Assembly: GCA_963801355.1 (NCBI GenBank) | Contig: CAWDEM010000008.1 | Coordinates: 832,001-896,000 of the forward strand | Length of the DNA: 64,000 bases | Source of the DNA: Ignavibacteriota bacterium | GTDB taxonomy: Bacteria > Bacteroidota > Ignavibacteria > UBA10030 > UBA6906 | Direction of reading: 5' to 3' | Shown: in pieces, positions 1-6,737 of the stretch | How the letters are laid out: every line of letters starts with the position of its first letter | Numbering within the stretch: the stretch's first letter is position 1 | Translations under genes and position numbers: made by a program | Notes under the pieces: model-generated | What the model saw: the letters and a program-made list of their open reading frames with translations, nothing else | The model's database searches: none | Told to the model about the DNA's origin: nothing

Positions 1-661
1 CTTCAAATCGCATGAGGGAAACGAGGAGTCTGCCATCTCTTTTGAGGAACAAGTGGGAAAAGCGTAAGGTCTCGGAATGACTTGAAACGAAAAACGCCCA
101 CGAGCAACCGCCAAGGACAAACCTGTAGACTCTGTGTCCCTCTACCCGCGCCGCGTCTGGTGATACAATGAGGTCTTTCAAAAAGCCCCCTTCTTGGAGC
201 ATCGGTACCGCAACAAACACGCCATATTCGCAGTACTCACCGGGCCTCTTCGTCAGGAGCATTGATCGAATGCGCTCCTCGTGAGGCCCCAACTTTACAG
301 CCTTGAAAGCTGGCAACGATGAAACGCTGGCACGCCACAAAAGCGAGAGTTGGAACAGGCGAAATTTGTCGTAGTCGATATTGCTGATTAGCCAGTAGCC
401 CTTCCCTCTTTCTATCCCGATTTCCACTCCGCCATAGAAAACCTCGCTTACATATTTTTCCCATGGGCTGATTAGCTCTTCACACCTGTCGCACAGGAGG
501 GTCTCACGTAGCCCCTTCTGCACGATTCGATTCTTTTCGTCCTCGTCGATTGAGAGTGCATAGAATCGGTGTAGCTCGTCATACAACGGTTTATAGAAGA
601 ACTCTGGGATAATGTGGGATTCCACGAGTCCAGCTTCACGAAGGCAAAGTTTACAGACCAT
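1..661 (-). CDS. HNH/His-Me-finger-like Zn-binding protein, 3' end runs off the window (not in ORF track)
   Basis: Hand-translated open frame from ATG 661, with GGAGAAGG RBS upstream: MVCKLCLREAGLVESHIIPEFFYKPLYDELHRF...QKGLRETLLCDRCEELISPWEKY...IDYDKFRLFQLSLLWRASVSS...LGPHEERIRSMLL...GHRVYRFVLGGCSWAFFVSSH. No stop down to position 1. CxxC-x9-HIIP...CxxC layout. Confidence 0.8.
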   Translation of the reverse strand, partial: MVCKLCLREAGLVESHIIPEFFYKPLYDELHRFYALSIDEDEKNRIVQKGLRETLLCDRCEELISPWEKYVSEVFYGGVEIGIERGKGYWLISNIDYDKFRLFQLSLLWRASVSSLPAFKAVKLGPHEERIRSMLLTKRPGEYCEYGVFVAVPMLQEGGFLKDLIVSPDAARVEGHRVYRFVLGGCSWAFFVSSHSETLRFSHLFLKRDGRLLVSLMRFE

Positions 662-692
662 ATGGATATCCTTCTCCGACTTACATCCTCTA

Positions 693-1388
693 TCACGCAG
701 GCTTTCCACCCATCCGCGCCACATACTCTACCGCTTTTCGACACTTGGCAATCTGATACTCAAGGTCGGGAATCGCGGCATAGACCTCCGTGTGTCGATC
801 TGCCAATTCCATCAGATGGCGGAGTGCGCGGGGGTCTGACGCGTCGGCTCTGACAGCCGCAATGAAGCTCCGTGCCGCCTCCGCATAGCGGCCCTGTCCT
901 TCGAGTGACAGGCCAAGATTCTTGAACGCGTTTGCCCGTGTGTTCTCTATGGCAATTGCCTCATGCAAGTACTTTTCAGCGTCGGTAAATCGGCCCTGTT
1001 GATTTAACGAGAAGCCAATGTTGTTGTGGATCATGTACCAGTAGAGTCTGCTTCGCGGTCGCAACTCCATGGCCCGTGTGTACCACCGGATCGCGGATTC
1101 CCAGTCCGAAATGCGTTCCATCGTCTGTCCAAGGTGATAATAACATTCTGCGCGGGCCTCCGTATCCGCCGTCTCAACCAGATAGTCCCTCGCGACAGCA
1201 AGTGCATCCACGGCGCGTGCCATTGACCGATAAAGCCGAATCAACTCCAGCCGGACTCGTTGGTGATCCTCGGTAGGGTCATTCAATCGCGCAAGGAGGT
1301 GCTTTTCCACTTCTTCGGCGAAGATAGTCTCAGCCTTGACGGGGTGATGCCGACGGAAGCTGAAACGCCATTTATCGTCAACTGTCAT
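693..1388 (-). CDS. Tetratricopeptide repeat protein
   Basis: Several TPR consensus units (YYHLGQTMERISDWESAIRWYTRAMEL; HNNIGFSLNQQGRFTDAEKYLHEAIAI; FKNLGLSLEGQGRYAEA). Abuts the upstream gene's stop. Confidence 0.85.
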   Translation of the reverse strand: MTVDDKWRFSFRRHHPVKAETIFAEEVEKHLLARLNDPTEDHQRVRLELIRLYRSMARAVDALAVARDYLVETADTEARAECYYHLGQTMERISDWESAIRWYTRAMELRPRSRLYWYMIHNNIGFSLNQQGRFTDAEKYLHEAIAIENTRANAFKNLGLSLEGQGRYAEAARSFIAAVRADASDPRALRHLMELADRHTEVYAAIPDLEYQIAKCRKAVEYVARMGGKPA

Positions 1389-1712
1389 CTACAACTGTCC
1401 TTTCTTTTGGTTGTTCATTGCCGCAAGTCGCTCGATGCTCTCAATTGCTTGCCGCATGCGAGCCAGAGCCGGGCCATTATCAGTATGAGCATTGATATAG
1501 GCTGGCGGAACGAACCCGTGGAGGGCCACTTGTTCTTCCAACCAAGCGAGGATACCCATGCCTGTTCCAATCGTCTCGTCCCCACCAAGATCGTGATCAA
1601 GACTAAGCTTCACCACTTGACCAGTCTTCAAATGTGTGATGACCTCTTCGGGGGTGTACGCTCTCACCCACCCTTTGGGTGCCGGTCGTTTGTCGTCAAG
1701 CCAGACTTTCAT
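1389..1712 (-). CDS. Cyclic-phosphate-processing receiver-like (cREC) domain protein
   Basis: Motifs VWLDDKRPAPKGW, LSLDHDLG, GTG and HTDN match the stand-alone cREC family common in phages and MGEs. GAGGGAGG-like RBS upstream. Confidence 0.8.
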   Translation of the reverse strand: MKVWLDDKRPAPKGWVRAYTPEEVITHLKTGQVVKLSLDHDLGGDETIGTGMGILAWLEEQVALHGFVPPAYINAHTDNGPALARMRQAIESIERLAAMNNQKKGQL

Positions 1713-1808
1713 TGCACGTCCCTCCTCGTTCTTTCTTTTCTGAAATCCTGTGTGTGCTAAGACTGAAGTCCACGGCCTACAACGGGTCGTTGAGTCTCCA
1801 ACTGGACT

Positions 1809-2093
1809 TCACGCACCCTCTTCCCTCTTCTGGGGCACGTACGTGTAAGTGAATGCTGGTCGCCCTTGCTCTGTCTTCCGCTTTGACTTGCGAGCCGACC
1901 TCATGATGAAAGAGATGAGCAATCCCCAAAAAACCAACACGAACACCGTCGCCATGACCCGGTCTTCGGTCGTTGAACTGATATTGTTCGAACCGGTCAC
2001 CAAATCCCACGCCATTGCGTGAACGAAGAGGAAGGCCGGAATGATGAGATATGATAGTGCTACCAACGTGAGAAAAGTCTCAAAGCTTCGCAT
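1809..2093 (-). CDS. Small two-TM hypothetical membrane protein
   Basis: Two hydrophobic segments and a basic tail. Starts immediately after the 2094 stop, consistent with an operon. Confidence 0.6.
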   Translation of the reverse strand: MRSFETFLTLVALSYLIIPAFLFVHAMAWDLVTGSNNISSTTEDRVMATVFVLVFWGLLISFIMRSARKSKRKTEQGRPAFTYTYVPQKREEGA

Positions 2094-2339
2094 TCAGGCC
2101 TCATCCTTTTCTATCTGCTCGCGAATCGCTTGTAGCCACCGCACGTTGTCCGCCCTCTCCTTTTCAAGAAATTCCTGATAAGCTCGCGAAAGTTCGTTTA
2201 CTCGACCGCATCTTGGGCAAACCCTCACTTCATCGGAACGAACGAACCGGAGAGTGTAATCACACGCATCACAGTCGTAGAAGAAATTGCCGAATACAAT
2301 TGGCTTACGAATTGGCGCTGCTATCTCAAGCCAGAGCAT
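2094..2339 (-). CDS. Zn-ribbon hypothetical protein
   Basis: CDAC-x14-CPRC followed by a helical tail. AGGGGG RBS. Confidence 0.65.
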   Translation of the reverse strand: MLWLEIAAPIRKPIVFGNFFYDCDACDYTLRFVRSDEVRVCPRCGRVNELSRAYQEFLEKERADNVRWLQAIREQIEKDEA

Positions 2340-2398
2340 GGTTGGTCCCCCTGTGCACTTTCTTTACCTCTCAGATTCCTCAGCGAAAGACATGGATT

Positions 2399-2743
2399 CT
2401 ATTTCAGAAATACGTATCGATTTCGTTTTTGGTCGCGTTTGACTTCGATATAGCCTGCGCGCTGCAAGAGCCGGACACATCTCGGCAAGTTCGAAACTGC
2501 GATCCCAGACCTCTCGGCGATTTGGATCAATGACGGACTGCATTCCCCCTTCGAAACGGCGAATGTTGCGAGTACGGCGTAGACCAACTTTGGCACCGCC
2601 TGCACATTCCGGTCTTGCACGAGTCCGATTGGAATCCTTATCTCCGAAGGCTCCAACGGTTGGCGCGAATGTGAATTTGAACTGGACGTCTGGGCGCCTG
2701 ACCTTGGGGGTGAGGATGTTGAAGTGGCGGAACATCGTTCCAT
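2399..2743 (-). CDS. Winged HTH protein (HTH_36 / replication-initiator N-terminus-like)
   Basis: PKLVYAVLATF...CSPSLIQIAERSGIAVSNLPRCVRLLQRAGYIEV is typical of MGE HTH_36-type proteins. Confidence 0.7.
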   Translation of the reverse strand: MERCSATSTSSPPRSGAQTSSSNSHSRQPLEPSEIRIPIGLVQDRNVQAVPKLVYAVLATFAVSKGECSPSLIQIAERSGIAVSNLPRCVRLLQRAGYIEVKRDQKRNRYVFLK

Positions 2744-2763
2744 CGGCGTGACTTTGTGTAAGT

Positions 2764-2791
2764 ATTATAATGAGAGTTATCACCGTGATAA
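2764..2791 (-). promoter_or_regulatory. Promoter (-10 TATAAT) overlapped by the palindrome TTATCAC-C-GTGATAA
   Basis: TATAAT on the - strand at 2764-2769. Perfect 7-bp inverted repeat at 2777-2791, just upstream of the HTH gene. Confidence 0.55.
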
Positions 2792-3159
2792 TGTAATACA
2801 TGGAGGATCAAAATCCAAGCCTTTTTTAGAGGCATCTTTCCCCCAGCCTTGCCAAGTACATTCTGTCGGATAGTGGCAGAGGCACAGTCTATTATATCGA
2901 CGGACGGGTGTTTGCTTAGCACTTCTGCCTGATGACCGAGACTGTATCGTACCAATTCCGAAACCTACCGTAACCAACCCAGTCAGAATCGAGGACTGGC
3001 TAACGGCATTAGCGATTCTGGCCAGAACGCGCATAGAAAGATCAGGCGATAGGGGGACGCAGGAGACAGATCAAAGACGTGATGCCGCGAGTTGACCAAC
3101 CGCACAACCCTGCCGCTTTGAGCGATTGGACGGAAGCCAGTCAGAAACAGGCAGCGAAA

Positions 3160-4446
3160 TCAAGCTGATGTGCGCGAGCGCTCCATCTGCAACAACTCTT
3201 CGACGAGAACTGTCAGCTTGGCGATAGACGGACGACCCTTCTTCCCCTTCTTTGGGAGTTTTGCGTTTGCACGCGTTTGTGCGGGGCCAGTAATCATCGC
3301 CGCGATTTGGGGATGGTTCAGCGTATCCAATATCCCCCACAAATTGCTTGGTGCAAGATGAGCATATATCTCGGTCGTCTTCGTGTCAGAATGCCCCATC
3401 ATTTTGCCCACTGAGAACAATGGCACACCATTCGTTGCGAGATTGCTCGCGAATGAATGCCTTAGATCGTGAAACCGTAGCTGAGGATTCAGACCTGCTT
3501 TGCGTACCCATCGTTTGAAGCATCTTCCCAGATAGCTTTCATCCATAACCTTCAACTGTCCGTTGCGTAATTGCGGGAACATCAAGCTGTTCTTGTCTCT
3601 GACATTCTTAGCTCTGACTTTCAAGACTTCGTACGCAGTGTCATTTAACGGAACAATCCGCTCACGGCTCGACTTCGTCGTAAAACCAGAATTATTTTCA
3701 TCTTTGAGTGTGTTGCGCACCTTGAGTACTCGACGCTCCAAATCCACGGCATTGGCACGTAAGTTTCGAAGTTCACCACTTCGAAGGCCTGTGTTGAAGG
3801 CGGTGATTATAAGCCGATGCATCGTTTTCCGGTTAACCACAGCATCACGTTCGTGTTGCTTGAGCGACTTGTCAACGTTTAGCCTGATGGAATCCCTTTG
3901 GGATTCCGCCGCCATCGTATCCATCAACTTGGCAAACTCGTTTACAGTCAGCCAGTTCGGTGTACGCTCAACGAGCTTAGGTTTCTTGATTGACCGCCAG
4001 ACATTGGTCTCAACATATCCCCACTTGCGAGCAGATTCGAATGCAGACGCCATTGCGGTGTAGATTCGCCGTGCGGTAGCTGCACTGGTCTTGCTCTGCT
4101 TTTCGTCCATGAAATCCTGAATGTCTTTGACCTTGATGTCGCGAATGCGCCGATCACCAATGCACCGGATGAAAACGTTGAAGCACGTTTGACAGTTCTT
4201 GTATGTCTTTAGCTTGTGTTGCTGGCGACTATGGTTGAGATACTCAGCACTGAATTCCTTGATGGATAAGTTCTTCCTCTTCGATCTTGCTTGAACTTGA
4301 CCACCGAGGAATTTCATTACCCAAGTCTTTGCATCAGCCTTCTGTTTGGAACCTGTGCTTACTTTTCTTCGCTTGCCATTTTCGTCGACGTACCAGAGGT
4401 AGAGTACTCCGCTTGCATGGCGGGACAACGAATGAGATGGTTTCAT
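3160..4446 (-). CDS. int: Tyrosine recombinase / phage-type integrase
   Basis: TGLRSGEL (R), FHDLRHSFAS (HxxR), MGHS, TTEIYAHL (catalytic Y). N-terminal arm-binding-like region (RRKVSTG) and SAM-like domain. Confidence 0.95.
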   Translation of the reverse strand: MKPSHSLSRHASGVLYLWYVDENGKRRKVSTGSKQKADAKTWVMKFLGGQVQARSKRKNLSIKEFSAEYLNHSRQQHKLKTYKNCQTCFNVFIRCIGDRRIRDIKVKDIQDFMDEKQSKTSAATARRIYTAMASAFESARKWGYVETNVWRSIKKPKLVERTPNWLTVNEFAKLMDTMAAESQRDSIRLNVDKSLKQHERDAVVNRKTMHRLIITAFNTGLRSGELRNLRANAVDLERRVLKVRNTLKDENNSGFTTKSSRERIVPLNDTAYEVLKVRAKNVRDKNSLMFPQLRNGQLKVMDESYLGRCFKRWVRKAGLNPQLRFHDLRHSFASNLATNGVPLFSVGKMMGHSDTKTTEIYAHLAPSNLWGILDTLNHPQIAAMITGPAQTRANAKLPKKGKKGRPSIAKLTVLVEELLQMERSRTSA

Positions 4447-4557
4447 GAGACACTCCTCCCTAATAGGATTATCGGCAGGAAGGAGCGAATTTTTAGGAGT
4501 GTTTTGCTACCAGTAGTTCCAAAAGCGCGGAAAACAGAATGGATTCCCCAGATTCAG

Positions 4558-4603
4558 ACGGTTTAGGAAACCGTCGCTCTATCCATTACTGAGCTACGAG
4601 GGC
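4558..4603 (-). tRNA. tRNA-Arg(CCT) 5' half only (att-site remnant)
   Basis: Reverse complement GCCCTCG TA GCTC AGTAATGGATA GAGC G ACGGT TTCCTAA ACCGT gives the acceptor 5' strand, D-arm and anticodon arm (CCT). It is followed by CTGAATCTGGGGAATCC, with no TTCGA loop and no CGAGGGC 3' acceptor strand. Confidence 0.85.
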
Positions 4604-4650
4604 AAACACATGAAAATGTACAATGGACCGAGCTCTAACGCTGAGGTTTC

Positions 4651-4679
4651 AATATAGGAAGCATTGCCTCGATATGAAA
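4651..4679 (-). promoter_or_regulatory. Putative sigma70 promoter of the tRNA locus
   Basis: TTTCAT-17-TATATT on the - strand. The same TATATT -10 is seen at other promoters in this window. Confidence 0.4.
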
Positions 4680-4697
4680 GCCTCTCTCGATCCCCCA

Positions 4698-4925
4698 CTA
4701 CGGTCGCATCGTCATCAAGATCGACACCGCAAGATCCCTGGCCTCGGGACCAGATATCTCCACCAGCACCACCACTGGATCTCCATCAGGCCGGAAATAT
4801 GCTTTCATCCCGACCATCCTGCTGAAATGGGAATCGTACACATGGAACATCCCGAGGCCCTCAAACAACACTGCTGTGCGTCCGTGCAGCGTTGTGGATT
4901 GTTCCTGATAGTCGATGGAAGACAT
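4698..4925 (-). CDS. Hypothetical protein (75 aa)
   Basis: Protein-like composition and GAGGAAG upstream. No recognised motif. Confidence 0.35.
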   Translation of the reverse strand: MSSIDYQEQSTTLHGRTAVLFEGLGMFHVYDSHFSRMVGMKAYFRPDGDPVVVLVEISGPEARDLAVSILMTMRP

Positions 4926-5152
4926 GGAGGATTCTTCCTCATTTCGCTACACTAGCAGAATATGCTAAGAGGAGTGGAGTTAGCATGCCCAGGTCTATCC
5001 ACGAAACGCCGACGCAATTTAAGAAAATCAGAGGCGGGAGACAAGCGCGGAACAACCTGACTTCTGAAGACCGCTTGGAAAGACTCGAAACCACGAAGAG
5101 GCGTGCACTAGAGTACACGCCGAGAACACCAGTCTGCACTTTCGCGGTGGGA

Positions 5153-6532
5153 TCAAAATTGCACAGATCGGCCCGCGCTGGTGATATAGTAGTTCGCCGG
5201 CGTGGATGCCGATGTCGGACCGTTCACGGTCTGAGCCGCATAGCGGCCGTTAGCAGCTGCTCCCTGAACATTCGGTGTCCAGGTGTTGCCAACCGCTTGA
5301 ACAGCGGGGCCTGTCCCTGTGACGTCCGATTGGAGGCCGTACTTCGTGTTGTTCTGAAATGTGTTGCCGCCAGGATCCGATGCCGTTCCTATGTCGGCGA
5401 GACTCGTTGATGCCACCAGATGAACGGCAGTGCCCGTGTAGCTCACATTGGTATTCCGGAGAACGAGCGAGACGCCCCCGTTGACGATGATTCCCCGGTC
5501 CGACGCCCCGGAAATCAGACTGTTTCGAATGGTAAAATTTCCCTGAGAAAGTACTATCCCGCGCTCTCCGCTATTCGTGATCGTGGTGCTGTCGATCGAG
5601 GCGGAACCGTAAAGGTATAGTGAAGCCCCATTGATGCTAGCGCCGTTCCTGTCGAAGTACACCCTCTTCAGTGTGAGCGAAGCCGTCGGGCTTTCCATGC
5701 TTATTGCCTGGCCATACGTCTGCGAGATTGTCGATCCAACTATGGTGACCTTCGCGGTGCCGCGAAGGGAGATGGCGGTGCTGGAACCCGCTCCATGAAG
5801 CCCGGTGTTTGTAAACGTACTCGTGTTGATCTCCGCCACCGACGCGTCCAACATTTCCAGAACTGTCGTTGGCGCGTCCTTGATCGTTGTGCCGGTTATC
5901 GATGCCCTGGCGGCATTGCTGAGCTGGATGATGGAGTAGGTGGTAGTGCCCGAAAGCAGGCAATTCTTGACAGTAATCCTACTGAAGTCTTTTCCTGAGC
6001 CGATAATTGCGGCTGTTCCTGTGCCGGATTCCCAGGTTCCCTCTGCTGCGCCGTAAAGGTCGAATGTCTTGTATATCGATGTGAGAGTGACTCCCAGAAG
6101 AACGTGCGATCCCGCGCCTGCCTTGATGCAAGTGTTGAAACCCTGGAGTTCAAGGTATTTTAAAGTGTCCGTGCCGGAAGCGTAGAAGGCGATATCTCCC
6201 GGCGTCCCAAGCAGGACGGCTTGCCCTGCTGAAACCGATTCCATGACCACACCGGAAGGGAGAGAGTCGGGGAAGACCTGCCCATTGGCTACGCTGTAAG
6301 TACCCGCCTGAAGTTCGATCTTCTTTCCGGAACGGAAAAGTGAGAATGCCTTGTGAATCGTTTTGAGCGGTGAGCTCTGGGTACCAGTGCCTGCATCGCT
6401 GCCTGTCAGCGGATTCACGAAGATGAACTGCTGTTCGGCGACAGAGGCCGAAGGGCCGGCAGGGTTATCGGTCTTACTGCAACCGGCGACAAGAGCGGCA
6501 GACACGAGGAGTACAGCAAGTAATCGGTACAT
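5153..6532 (-). CDS. Lipoprotein with DUF1565-like N-terminus and right-handed beta-helix repeats
   Basis: Lipobox LVAG-C. FVNPLTGSDAGTGTQSSPLKTIHKA motif. Ser/Thr/Gly/Ile-rich parallel beta-helix repeats. Confidence 0.8.
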   Translation of the reverse strand: MYRLLAVLLVSAALVAGCSKTDNPAGPSASVAEQQFIFVNPLTGSDAGTGTQSSPLKTIHKAFSLFRSGKKIELQAGTYSVANGQVFPDSLPSGVVMESVSAGQAVLLGTPGDIAFYASGTDTLKYLELQGFNTCIKAGAGSHVLLGVTLTSIYKTFDLYGAAEGTWESGTGTAAIIGSGKDFSRITVKNCLLSGTTTYSIIQLSNAARASITGTTIKDAPTTVLEMLDASVAEINTSTFTNTGLHGAGSSTAISLRGTAKVTIVGSTISQTYGQAISMESPTASLTLKRVYFDRNGASINGASLYLYGSASIDSTTITNSGERGIVLSQGNFTIRNSLISGASDRGIIVNGGVSLVLRNTNVSYTGTAVHLVASTSLADIGTASDPGGNTFQNNTKYGLQSDVTGTGPAVQAVGNTWTPNVQGAAANGRYAAQTVNGPTSASTPANYYITSAGRSVQF

Positions 6533-6662
6533 CTGCGGCCTCGTATGAGAGTGTTGGCGGGCCTATGGCCAGCCTGATGGATGAACACCCTCCGGGTGAA
6601 GATTGTTCCCCACAAAAACAGAGAGAGCCGTGAAACCTTAACGGCATCACGGCTCCGCAGGC

Positions 6663-6690
6663 AAAGGGCCGGAGTTAATTCCGGCCCTTT
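6663..6690. terminator. Intrinsic terminator hairpin (possibly bidirectional)
   Basis: AAAGGGCCGGA-gttaat-TCCGGCCCTTT, downstream of the DUF362 gene. Confidence 0.7.
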
Positions 6691-6737
6691 CCAAGTTCGT
6701 CTACTTGTTTCAAGAAACAACACTGATCGCCTGTTCA

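Larger units (their letters stand above)
1..4603. mobile_element. Integrative element / prophage-like island (right end), inserted at tRNA-Arg(CCT)
   Basis: Integrase lies next to a truncated tRNA. Cargo is MGE-type and visibly more AT-rich than the downstream core. Left boundary is outside the window. Confidence 0.8.

Noticed and set aside
242-289. GC-rich hairpin GGGCCTC...GAGGCCC as a possible ncRNA or origin
   Set aside because: It lies inside the HNH-like CDS (LGPHEERIRSMLLTKRP) and is explained by coding sequence.
237-853. Short track ORFs 237-464, 472-744, 612-839 and 614-853
   Set aside because: They are off-frame or antisense shadows of the 1-661 and 693-1388 genes.
2364-2801. 145-aa ORF overlapping the HTH gene
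   Set aside because: It runs through the promoter/operator and has no motif, while the alternative frame 2399-2743 has a clear HTH.
4500-4603. Group I intron-split tRNA-Arg(CCT)
   Set aside because: The anticodon stem-loop is complete and uninterrupted, no 3' exon is visible, and the adjacent integrase explains the break better.
2798-4932. 11-bp direct repeat ACATGGAGGAT at about 2798 and 4922 as att sites
   Set aside because: It is short, does not coincide with the tRNA junction, and is plausible by chance.
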